DNA of 63,519 nt, filler included, from Candidatus Desantisbacteria bacterium CG1_02_49_89 (GTDB lineage: Bacteria > Desantisbacteria > UBA1551), in the NCBI GenBank assembly GCA_001871075.1. It is 3 parts of 3 records of this genome, joined end to end, with 100 filler letters (N's around TTAATTAATTAA, not from the genome) between each part and the next. Parts side by side here need not be neighbours in the genome. Positions count along the whole stretch, not along the records: positions 1 to 24,288 come from MNUP01000090.1; 2 more parts are not named here. The stretch is one strand, 5' to 3'. Under the pieces are notes generated by a model, which worked only from the letters and a program-made list of their open reading frames with translations, searched no databases and was not told where the DNA came from. A program made the translations under genes and the position numbers. Below are positions 9,239 to 19,306 of the stretch, piece after piece. How positions within the stretch are numbered: the stretch's first letter is position 1; each line of letters begins with the position of its first letter.

Positions 9239-10444
9239 TTAATTGTAGGCCGCGTTGATCCTCACGTACCTTGTCGACAAGTCTGAAGTCCATATAACAC
9301 AGCCGGATTTCCCTGTCTGCATATCCACTTCGATCACAGCGTTTTTCCCGGTAAGCAGTTCCCTGGCTTTCTCCCTGGACCCGGGAACAGGAGCGTTGTT
9401 CTTCACTACCAGTATCCCGTTTATGTAAACCTTCAGTTTTTCAGGATCCATACTTACAGGCGCGTTGCCCACAGCCGAAACTATCCTTCCCCAGTTGGGG
9501 TCGGAGCCGTACATAGCGGTCTTGAAAAGGCAGGAATTGGCTATTGAAAAAGCCGTTTTTTTCGCGTCGCTTAAGCTTGCCGCGCCCTTTATTTTTATCT
9601 CGATAAATTTTGTGGCGCCCTCCCCGTCTTTCACGATGGCTTTCGCGAGGCGCAAACAAACGTATTCAAGGGCCTGGCAGAATGTTCCATATCCCGGAGA
9701 GCCTGAAGTTATTTTCTTGTTCCCTGCCCTTCCGTTCGCTAATACGAGCACCGTATCATTGGTGCTCCTGTCCCCGTCCACGGTTATCATGTTGAAAGAA
9801 CTGCCGACAGACTGTTTAAGGGCTGAAGACAGCGCCCTCCTTTCAATAACCGCGTCTGAAGTTATAAAACAGAGCATTGTCGCCATTCCGGGATGTATCA
9901 TTCCGGAACCTTTCACGATGCCGCCTATCCTTATTTTCTTTCCGCTGACCGTTGTCTCGACTGCAATTTCCTTCCTGGCAAGGTCAGTCGTCATTATCGC
10001 GGTTGCGGCGTCTGTCCCGGAAGCATAGGATTCGTTCATTATGGATGCAGCCAGCTTCACCCCGTATTTTATCCTGTCAAGAGGCAGAGGCATGCCTATC
10101 TTGCCCGTGGAAGCTACAAAAACGTTGTCCTGCGGGATACCGAGTAAAGCCGCGGTGAATTTCATTGTTTCCACAGCGTCCTTTATGCCCTGCCTGCCTG
10201 TGCAGGCATTCGCGCTGCCGCTGTTAGCTACAACTGCCTGGACCGGGCCGCCCTTCTTTATTATCTGCTTATCTACAAGCACCGGAGCTGCTTTTACCTT
10301 ATTAGTGGTGAAAACAGCGGCTGCGACAGCGGGGACCTTCGAGAAAATAAGGGCAAGGTCCTTCCTTTTCTTCTTGATACCGCTGTGGACTCCTGCTGCG
10401 GCAAAACTCTTCGGGGCAGTCACGCTCCCCTTAATAACTTTCAT
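9239..10444 (-). CDS. argJ: Bifunctional ornithine acetyltransferase/N-acetylglutamate synthase
   Basis: NSGSANACTG, KGSGMIHPGMATML, DGDRSTND, DGEGATK, DPNWGR. Confidence 0.97.
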   Translation of the reverse strand: MKVIKGSVTAPKSFAAAGVHSGIKKKRKDLALIFSKVPAVAAAVFTTNKVKAAPVLVDKQIIKKGGPVQAVVANSGSANACTGRQGIKDAVETMKFTAALLGIPQDNVFVASTGKIGMPLPLDRIKYGVKLAASIMNESYASGTDAATAIMTTDLARKEIAVETTVSGKKIRIGGIVKGSGMIHPGMATMLCFITSDAVIERRALSSALKQSVGSSFNMITVDGDRSTNDTVLVLANGRAGNKKITSGSPGYGTFCQALEYVCLRLAKAIVKDGEGATKFIEIKIKGAASLSDAKKTAFSIANSCLFKTAMYGSDPNWGRIVSAVGNAPVSMDPEKLKVYINGILVVKNNAPVPGSREKARELLTGKNAVIEVDMQTGKSGCVIWTSDLSTRYVRINAAYN

Positions 10445-10591
10445 TAAACCATCTCCCTTAAGTATAATGATTTAAGCCATTATATATGGCTTGCCATGAA
10501 CCCGAGCGTAGCGAGCGCAGCGAATTGAAAATTGAACAATAGACCGTCCCGATGTAAAATCGGGACTCTATTTTTCGCTGTGCGAAAAATC

Positions 10592-10666
10592 TGGAGCGGG
10601 CAATGGGATTCGAACCCACGATCTTCGGCTTGGGAAGCCAACATTCTACCGCTGAACTATGCCCGC
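10592..10666 (-). tRNA. tRNA-Gly(CCC)
   Basis: GCGGGCATAGTTCAGCGGTAGAA...TTCCCAA...GGTTCGAATCCCATTGCCCGCTCCA; cloverleaf with encoded CCA. Confidence 0.95.
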
Positions 10667-10792
10667 CCTCAATTACAGTTTACAAAGTTTACAAGTCTAT
10701 AAGTTTACAAGTATAAATACCGCTGCCTGCCCGCCTTTCAAACAACCCGCCATGAACCCGACCCGCCAACATTCGTGGCGGGGAGTGGTTTA

Positions 10793-10868
10793 TGGAGGCG
10801 ACGAGCGGACTCGAACCGCTGAATCGAGGTTTTGCAGACCTCTCCCTTAGCCACTTGGGTACGTCGCC
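10793..10868 (-). tRNA. tRNA-Cys(GCA)
   Basis: GGCGACGTACCCAAGTGGCTAAGGGAGAGGTCTGCAAAACCTC...GGTTCGAGTCCGCTCGTCGCCTCCA. Confidence 0.95.
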
Positions 10869-10874
10869 GAATCG

Positions 10875-11117
10875 CTAATTATCAATTAACTTTATAAACT
10901 CTCTTCCTTTGCCCGTCTTTAAAAATCTTTCTCTTTTTGTTGCGTCTTTTTTATCAGGATATGATTCATAATGAATAATTTTCAATGGTGTTCTGTTTTG
11001 TGTCGATTTTACACTACCGTTATTATGTTCTGCTAATCTGAGCTCAAGGTTTGATGTCATTCCAATATAGTGCTTGCCGTCTTTTTCGCTTTTTAAAATA
11101 TAGACATAATATATCAT
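10875..11117 (-). CDS. Small stand-alone GIY-YIG nuclease
   Basis: YYVYILKS...HYIGMTSNLELRLAEHN...ATKRERFLK; AT-rich relative to neighbours. Confidence 0.92.
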   Translation of the reverse strand: MIYYVYILKSEKDGKHYIGMTSNLELRLAEHNNGSVKSTQNRTPLKIIHYESYPDKKDATKRERFLKTGKGREFIKLIDN

Positions 11118-11165
11118 GTATACTCAATTTTACAAGCGGACTCGCCCGCCACGAATATTGGCGGG

Positions 11166-11229
11166 TTGCAGACCTCTCCCCTCCACTAAAGATTTGGCGG
11201 GCAAGCCTTAGCCACTTGGGTACGTCGCC
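11166..11229 (-). pseudogene. Displaced 5' half (nt 1-37) of tRNA-Cys, interrupted by a 27-nt hairpin insert
   Basis: Identical to 10832-10868 apart from the insert at 11181-11207. Confidence 0.9.
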
Positions 11230-11267
11230 AATAATAATCTATTATCTATTGCTCTATTTTCTGCTTT

Positions 11268-11543
11268 TTATTTATTGACTATTCTTTTAAGTATTTTCCC
11301 TGGTTTAAAATAAGGGACTTTCCGGGCAGGAATACGGATAGTGGTCTTCGTTTTCATTATCTGCGCCGGTTTGGACTTTCTCTGCCTGACCTCAAACGTG
11401 CCCAGGCCGCGCAGCTCTATGGTCTCGCCTTTTTTAAGCCCTTCCCGGATAGCGCCGATCATCCTGTCAAGGATCATCTTCGCTTCCTTAGGCTTAAGGT
11501 TCGCCGCTTTCCCGATAGCGTTTATCAGCGCTTTGCTTGTCAT
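11268..11543 (-). CDS. HU/IHF family DNA-binding protein
   Basis: GETIELRGLGTFEVRQR...IPARKVPYFKPGK. Confidence 0.9.
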   Translation of the reverse strand: MTSKALINAIGKAANLKPKEAKMILDRMIGAIREGLKKGETIELRGLGTFEVRQRKSKPAQIMKTKTTIRIPARKVPYFKPGKILKRIVNK

Positions 11544-11632
11544 TTTTTATCCCGTAACATCGTAACCTCGTAACATGGTAACATCGGCAGGATTTTGACG
11601 ACCAACGATGTTACGATGAACGACGCACGAGT

Positions 11633-12508
11633 TTAAGGTATTACTTTATTAAGCGGGTACTCGATAATTCCTTCCGCCCCCGCCCTTTTGAGCGCGGGTA
11701 TGATCTCCCGGACCTGCTTCTCGTCCACTATCACCTCAAGCGCCACCCAGTCACCCTTGGTAAGAGAAGAGACGGTCGGGTTTTTCATAGCCGGAAGTAT
11801 CTTCAGAACCATCGCAAGGTTCTCCCTGGATACGTTCATTTTTAACCCTACTTTTTCACCTGCGAGCAGCGCGCCTTTCAGGAGTATTGACAGGTTCTCT
11901 ATTTTCTTCTTTTTCCAGGCGTCTTTCCAGGACCCCGGGTTTGCTATCAGCCTTGTGGTGGATTCAAGCACGGTGTCCACTATCCTGAGGTTATTCGCGG
12001 CAAGCGAACTCCCGGTTTCTGTCAGCTCTACTATCGCGTCCGCGAGGTCAGGGACCTTTGCTTCTGTCGCGCCCCATGAAAATTCCACGTCCGCCCTTAC
12101 CCCTTTCCCTTTCAGGAACCTGTTGACCACGTTTACCACTTCCGTCGCGATCTTTTTGTTGTTTAAATCCTTTACTTTTCTTATCGGCGAGTTGATAGGC
12201 ACTGCCAGGACCCACCTGACAGCCGTGAACCCGCTTTTCGCGTAGGTAAGGTCTTCCACTTCCTTCACTTTCGCGCCGCATTCCATTATCCAGTCTTTGC
12301 CGGTCAATCCGGCGTCAAGCTTTCCCATCTCAACGTACCTTGGCATTTCCTGAGCCCTTATAAGCCTGCAGGACATTTCCGGGTCGTCGCAGTACGGCGT
12401 GTAGGATCTGGAAGAAGCCACAATGTTAAACCCGGCCTTTTTGAATAATTCAATGGTTGCCTGTTCAAGGCTCCCCTTCGGTATCCCCAGCTTTAATATC
12501 TTTTTCAT
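11633..12508 (-). CDS. hisG: ATP phosphoribosyltransferase (long form)
   Basis: [31 protein letters not shown]-terminal regulatory domain. Confidence 0.96.
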   Translation of the reverse strand: MKKILKLGIPKGSLEQATIELFKKAGFNIVASSRSYTPYCDDPEMSCRLIRAQEMPRYVEMGKLDAGLTGKDWIMECGAKVKEVEDLTYAKSGFTAVRWVLAVPINSPIRKVKDLNNKKIATEVVNVVNRFLKGKGVRADVEFSWGATEAKVPDLADAIVELTETGSSLAANNLRIVDTVLESTTRLIANPGSWKDAWKKKKIENLSILLKGALLAGEKVGLKMNVSRENLAMVLKILPAMKNPTVSSLTKGDWVALEVIVDEKQVREIIPALKRAGAEGIIEYPLNKVIP

Positions 12509-12583
12509 TTTGTACTCCTGATGACAGCGATTTTTTACTGCCGATTACAACGATAAAAAGACAAACGCCTTTTTCACAGGGAT

Positions 12584-13168
12584 TTAAAGAGATTTAAAAG
12601 GCTGAACCGGCTTAACCGGCTTAACTTTTATTATAAGAAGGACGGTGTCGCCGTATTTCCTTTCGTCCGCAAGCGCAAGCCCGCCCGGTATAATTACTTT
12701 TTCCTTTTTATGCCGCTGGACGAAGATCACCCCGCCTTCTCTGAGAACGTTCTTTTTTTCGAGAGAATCAAGGACCCTGTCCGCGTATCCCTTGTAATAA
12801 GGCGGGCCTATAAAAATTATGTCGAACTCATCCCCTTTTGCTTCGGCAATGTTCAGCCAGGAAAGAACGTCGTTCCTGAAAACGGATGACCTGCCCCCGA
12901 TGCCGAGTGTTTTAAGGTTGTATTCTATTACCCGGACCGCTTTTTCCGCGTTCTCCACAAAAACAGCGGACACGGCGTTCCTGCTGAGCGCCTCGATCCC
13001 AACGCTGCCAGTGCCCGCGAACAGGTCCAGGAAAGCGGAATCTATCACTCGCGGCCCTATAAGGTCAAAAAGGGCCTTCCTTGCCATTTCAGATATGGGG
13101 CGGGTGGAGATTCCTTCAAGGGTTTTGATCTTCCTGCCTCTGAACTCGCCCCCGGTTATTCTCATCAT
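12584..13168 (-). CDS. rsmD: 16S rRNA m2G966 methyltransferase RsmD
   Basis: MRITGGEFRGR, FLDLFAGTGSVGIEALSR, GPPY, KYGDT. Confidence 0.93.
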   Translation of the reverse strand: MMRITGGEFRGRKIKTLEGISTRPISEMARKALFDLIGPRVIDSAFLDLFAGTGSVGIEALSRNAVSAVFVENAEKAVRVIEYNLKTLGIGGRSSVFRNDVLSWLNIAEAKGDEFDIIFIGPPYYKGYADRVLDSLEKKNVLREGGVIFVQRHKKEKVIIPGGLALADERKYGDTVLLIIKVKPVKPVQPFKSL

Positions 13169-13387
13169 GTTTTCACTGATTACACAGATTTTTAAATAGA
13201 TTACACAGATTAAATAAATTCCTTTCCCGAAGGAATCCCCTTGGGACATCCAGGATCTAGCATCCAGGATCTGTATCCGGCTATGAGCTATGAGCTACAG
13301 TAGGCCCATTGCTTCAGCTCTGGGCCGTAGGTCCCTGCATTGCCCGCCAATATTCGTGGCGGGGCAGGGATGAGCCATATGCGTTAG

Positions 13388-13852
13388 TTAAAAGTAATAC
13401 GTCATTCCCGCGTTGAATATAAGTCCCCAGTCCGCATAACTGCCGATCGTACTGGTAAGGCTGACCCAGTATATGCCCGCGTCGCCGCCCATAGCTATAT
13501 TCTTGGCCGCAAAGAACTCTGCCCCCGCAAACCCGCCTGTGACTAAGCCGCCCGTAAGGACGTCGGAGAATATCCAGTCAAACTCGCCGCCTGTTTAGAT
13601 AGTTATGGGGATGCTTCCGGGTATCTCGAACAGGTTATAGTATCCCCTGCCCCCGACAGTGATGTTGTTAAGCGCGAACTGGGCCCTTCCTTCAACAAGA
13701 ATGTTATCCGTGATGCCGTACCTTACCTGTAAACCCGGGTAATTGGCGCCCACGCCCAGCTTGCCTTTGATATCAGCGCTGAAACAGTCCACTGTCCACA
13801 TTCCGCAGACCACGGCAAACGCTAAAACCACTAACAGCACTAACTTTTTCAT
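13388..13852 (-). pseudogene. Small outer-membrane beta-barrel protein with in-frame TAA (13595-13597)
   Basis: Signal peptide; frame continues after PITI* as TGGEFDW...GMTYYF* with a barrel-type C-terminal Phe. Confidence 0.75.
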
Positions 13853-13955
13853 TTGACCCTCCTGTGTAAAAACGATTAGAGCGATTTTAAAAATGTTTAT
13901 CCCAATGAGATCCCTTTGAGATTGTAGGGCGCCGGTGGAATTCGGGGAAATAGAA

Positions 13956-14198
13956 TTAGCCTGCACTAACAGATAATTGTGCGGTTTTACCTGTAAGTTT
14001 ATCAGTTAAAACAAATTTACCACCCTTTATAATCTGGAGTTGTTCGTTTGCATTCAGCAGTTCAATACCACAGATTTTTCCATCAGAGGAGATGTCAACA
14101 TTTAATTCATCACTTATTTTGATGGTATCAACTTCACCAGATTTCTCCCTAAACTTGATGTACGCGATATTATACTTGGAGTCATAACTTACTTCCAT
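13956..14198 (-). CDS. DUF2283 domain protein
   Basis: MEVSYDSKYNIAYIKF...LNVDI...GKICGIELLNA. Confidence 0.85.
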   Translation of the reverse strand: MEVSYDSKYNIAYIKFREKSGEVDTIKISDELNVDISSDGKICGIELLNANEQLQIIKGGKFVLTDKLTGKTAQLSVSAG

Positions 14199-14209
14199 AA
14201 TCTCACCCC

Positions 14210-14461
14210 CTAAAAGTATTTCACCAAAACCGTAATTGCAACCCAGTCTTTCCCTTCCTCAACGGCGAATACTTCTATCTGTTTTGTGTAGTATTTCTTC
14301 CCTCTCCACATTTCATCAAAAACAAAGTTGTGTCTAAATCCTGTCCGGCCAAATCTTGCTGGAAATTTCTCACCTACTTCTACTGTTTTTATTACTTCCT
14401 CTTCTTTTGCTCCACGTTCTTGCATTCGTTCTTTAGCATGAGGACGGATTTTTATAGTCAT
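14210..14461 (-). CDS. DUF4258 domain protein (putative toxin)
   Basis: HAKERMQERG..EEEV...VAITV; paired with DUF2283. Confidence 0.85.
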   Translation of the reverse strand: MTIKIRPHAKERMQERGAKEEEVIKTVEVGEKFPARFGRTGFRHNFVFDEMWRGKKYYTKQIEVFAVEEGKDWVAITVLVKYF

Positions 14462-14500
14462 TGGATTCACCTTCCAAAGTTTTAAACTGGACACTGTATT

Positions 14501-16071
<1,571 letters not shown>

Positions 16072-16084
16072 GTAAAAAAACTAA

Positions 16085-16440
16085 TTTAACCACACGATTA
16101 CACACGATTTACACGAGATTGCCCTTGTTCCTGCTTTGACACTCTGATTCTATGACTCTTTGACTCTAAATTTAACCACAGAGGCACGGAGGCATAGAGT
16201 AATCTTTGGTTTTTACAAATGACTAACAACTAATGACAAATGACTGCATTTTAACCACAGGTTAACACAGGTAAACACTGTTTGAGTAACTCAAACCTTC
16301 AGGTTTGATATCAGGGCTAAAGCCCTGAGTTATCCGCCCCGATGTTCATCGGGGCGAGACCTCGCCCCAAAGGGGCGGGCAATTAAATTCCTTGTTTTTG
16401 ATTCATAATTCATAACTCATAATTCATAATTGAATTTAAA
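16085..16440. repeat. Stack of about eight different repeat modules between purF-like and tgt
   Basis: (ACACGATT), (CTTTGAC), (CACAGAGG), (AATGACT), (ACACAGGT), TCAGGGCT-AA-AGCCCTGA, double hairpin 16333-16379, (TCATAAT). Confidence 0.9.
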
Positions 16441-16447
16441 CCAGCCG

Positions 16448-17788
16448 CTATTTTTTGATGTATTTTCTCGCCACCGGGTAGATCCCGTTAAGGCATGCCA
16501 TGCATAAGCCTTTGTGCCCTATTGCCTGCTCGAGCATCGGGACCGTGGGGTAGCACACGCCGTCAGCTCCCAGCTTTTTGGCGACTTTCCTGCCTATTTT
16601 TTCAACAGGCATCTTGTACATACCGAAAGCCGCGTAGTTTGTGCCGCCCGGGTCCTTGAAACAGGGGAAACATAGCGGCGGGCAGGAAATTATGCAGTAA
16701 ACCTTTTCCGCCTTGCAAATCCTGAGCTTTTTGATGGTGCCATCCCGCACAACCGTGCCCCTGACTATGCTGTCGTCCCCTATGCCGACTCGCTTTCCGC
16801 GAACAACTTCTTTGTTGATGAAGAATTTCGCCCTCGCGGCTTTTTTCCTCTCTTCCGGATCTTCAACCTGGAAAGTCCTTTTCGCACCCGGGTTCTTAAT
16901 AACAGCTTCTTCGAAAGGCACGCCTGACCTTTGCGCGAAGCCCAGAGCCACTCCCCTGCCTGAATCAGGGGATGCGACTATCACATCGGTGTCTATTTTA
17001 TACTTGTCCGCGAGCATTTCTCCCAGCTTCTTACGGACGAAATAAACGTTTTTGCCCTCAATTACAGAAGTCGGGTCGGCAAAATACACCCATTCGAAGC
17101 AGCAGTGCATATGCGGTTCCTTCTTCATAATTCTCGATCTCATGCCCTTCTTGGAAATAACTATAACTTCACCGGGTTCTATGTCCCTCACAAGCCTTGC
17201 TCCGGCTCCGTAAAGGCCTTTTGACTCGGATGAAACCAGGAGCTGGCTGTCTATCCTGCCAAAACAGAAAGGCTTTATGCCCATGGGATCCCTCATTGCC
17301 ACAAGTTTCACTTCTCTTTTGTCCTTGACCAGGGCTGTTATGCAGTATGAGCCCTTGCCCGCAAGCTTGTTCATCAGGGTCTTTGACGCTTTGAAAATAT
17401 CTTTTTGCCTTTCAAGCGCCTCAAGAAAGATCTTTTTGGCGTAAACGTCGTGCTTTCCTTCAACACCCAGGAGAACGCCGTCCATCGCGAAAGCGATCTT
17501 GTACCTTCGGCCGGACGCTTCAGTGGGTTGAAGGCCTTCGGTGCTTTCGTAAAGCACGTGCCCTATGCCCGCGTAAGGCTCAACCGCGTCAAGAAGGCTC
17601 AGTTCGTCCTTGAAAAGGTAGTAAACAAGTTCGGTGCCGTCTTTTGTCAGCAGGTCATCCCCGTCCTTGGCTATGGATATCCCCGCCCCTGCTTCTCCCC
17701 TGTGCTGCAGCGCTGTCAGCCCATAAAAAAGCGCGTCCGCGATATTCCCGTTCTTCGCCGTTGAAAAAACCCCGAGGACTCCCGACAT
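16448..17788 (-). CDS. Amidophosphoribosyltransferase-like paralogue lacking the N-terminal Cys
   Basis: LQHRG, RDPMGIKP, CCFEWVYFADP, PDSG, DDSIVRG, CMAC; begins MSGVLG. Confidence 0.85.
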   Translation of the reverse strand: MSGVLGVFSTAKNGNIADALFYGLTALQHRGEAGAGISIAKDGDDLLTKDGTELVYYLFKDELSLLDAVEPYAGIGHVLYESTEGLQPTEASGRRYKIAFAMDGVLLGVEGKHDVYAKKIFLEALERQKDIFKASKTLMNKLAGKGSYCITALVKDKREVKLVAMRDPMGIKPFCFGRIDSQLLVSSESKGLYGAGARLVRDIEPGEVIVISKKGMRSRIMKKEPHMHCCFEWVYFADPTSVIEGKNVYFVRKKLGEMLADKYKIDTDVIVASPDSGRGVALGFAQRSGVPFEEAVIKNPGAKRTFQVEDPEERKKAARAKFFINKEVVRGKRVGIGDDSIVRGTVVRDGTIKKLRICKAEKVYCIISCPPLCFPCFKDPGGTNYAAFGMYKMPVEKIGRKVAKKLGADGVCYPTVPMLEQAIGHKGLCMACLNGIYPVARKYIKK

Positions 17789-17956
17789 TGGTTGCTCCTT
17801 CCCTCTTCTTTGAAGGTAAATGTTTACCGACTTTTTTATCTGAACAATTTTTTATTTGAACGATATTCATCTTGAAACAGTTATTAATTGTCTAAAGTCT
17901 GTTTTTAATTCAAGTTTTTAACTAATGACCAATGACTAATGACAAATGACTGTTTT

Positions 17957-19306
17957 TCATTCATTGAACAGTTCAGTTGGTATTTCAATCCCCTTCGCCC
18001 GCCAGTCTTCAGCGAACTTCGGGATGTTGCCGGTCGCGGCAAAATCACCCTGAACTTTTCCATCCTTGCCAAACCCGGTCTGTTTGAAAACAAATATGTC
18101 CTGCAAGGTGATCCTGTCGCCTTCAAGCCCTGTGACTTCCGTGATATTCGTTATCTTCCTTGAGCCGTCAGAGAACCTGCTCTGCTGCACTATCAAATCT
18201 ACTGCTGAGGCTATCTGTTCCCTTATAGCCCTTACAGGAAGCTCCATTCCAGCCATAAGCACCATTGTTTCAAGCCTTGAGATCACATCTCTGGGTGAAT
18301 TGGCGTGGACCGTGGTAAGTGAGCCGTCATGGCCCGTATTCATCGCCTGGAGCATATCCAGGCATTCCCCGCCCCTTACTTCGCCCACCACGATCCTGTC
18401 AGGCCGCATCCTGAGGCTGTTCCGCACCAGGTCCCTGATCGTAACCTGCCCTTTCCCTTCTATATTGGAAGGCCGGGATTCAAGCGATATAACGTGTTCC
18501 TGGCAAAGTTTCAGTTCGGCTGAATCTTCTATTGTCACGATCCTTTCTTTTGGAGAAATGAAATTTGAAAGGATGTTAAGCAGCGTTGTCTTACCTGAGC
18601 CTGTGCCTCCTGAGATAACCACGTTGCACCGGTTAAGCACGCATAGCTCAAGGAACTGCGCCATCTTTTTGCCGATCGACCCTGAATTTATCAGCTGGTC
18701 TATGCCCAGGATATCCTTCGAGAACTTGCGTATCGTTATCACCGGCCCGTGCAGGGAAAGAGGCGGTATTACGGCATTCATCCTTGAGCCGTCAGGCAGC
18801 CTTGCGTCAACCATGGGGGAACTTTCGTCTATCCTTCTGCCTATGGGCGTTATGATCCTTTCTATAACATTCATTATCTGCCTGTCGCTTACGAATTTCT
18901 TGTGCGAAAGTTCCAGCTTCCCGCTCTTTTCAACGTATATCTTATCTTTGCTGTTGACCATTATCTCGGTAACCTGCGGGTCCTTGAGAAGGTCCTCAAG
19001 AGGCCCGAAACCGAGTATTTCATCCATTATTTCTTTCAGGAGCTTTCCGCGGTTCATCCTTGCGGGGATCGTCCCCGACATTTCATTTAATATGTCGTTT
19101 ATCGAAATGACCGCGGTTTCCTTTAATTTCTCTTCGTCTTTTTCGTTCAGCTCTATCTTTTTCTCGCCTATCCTGCTTATAAGCTCCTTATGCACCTTTG
19201 ATTTTATGCCGTCAAGGATCTCTGCTTCCTCCTCTTTCCTGTAAAAAACAACGGGATCGGAATTATTATTTTCCACGCCCGGCCCCCGTGTCGGATCGTG
19301 TCTCAT
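17957..19306 (-). CDS. cpaF: Tad pilus ATPase CpaF/TadA
   Basis: GGTGSGKTT, TIEDSAEL, LRMRPDRIVVGEVRG, AMNTGHDGS. Confidence 0.95.
   Translation of the reverse strand: MRHDPTRGPGVENNNSDPVVFYRKEEEAEILDGIKSKVHKELISRIGEKKIELNEKDEEKLKETAVISINDILNEMSGTIPARMNRGKLLKEIMDEILGFGPLEDLLKDPQVTEIMVNSKDKIYVEKSGKLELSHKKFVSDRQIMNVIERIITPIGRRIDESSPMVDARLPDGSRMNAVIPPLSLHGPVITIRKFSKDILGIDQLINSGSIGKKMAQFLELCVLNRCNVVISGGTGSGKTTLLNILSNFISPKERIVTIEDSAELKLCQEHVISLESRPSNIEGKGQVTIRDLVRNSLRMRPDRIVVGEVRGGECLDMLQAMNTGHDGSLTTVHANSPRDVISRLETMVLMAGMELPVRAIREQIASAVDLIVQQSRFSDGSRKITNITEVTGLEGDRITLQDIFVFKQTGFGKDGKVQGDFAATGNIPKFAEDWRAKGIEIPTELFNE

Noticed and set aside
9239-10444. Absence of argC from the arg cluster and of hisA between hisH and hisF
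   Set aside because: Dispersed pathway genes are common and the genome is only partly visible.
10793-11229. Group I intron with homing endonuclease in tRNA-Cys
   Set aside because: The downstream tRNA is complete rather than a 3' exon, and there is no room for a ribozyme core outside the ORF.
16085-16440. CRISPR array
   Set aside because: No constant 23-47 nt repeat with regular unique spacers and no cas genes; these are short tandem units and hairpins.
18066-19244. Long antisense ORFs (e.g. 18066-19244, 5950-6846, 39931-40803, 54037-54687)
   Set aside because: Shadows of well-supported genes on the opposite strand, with no recognisable motifs.
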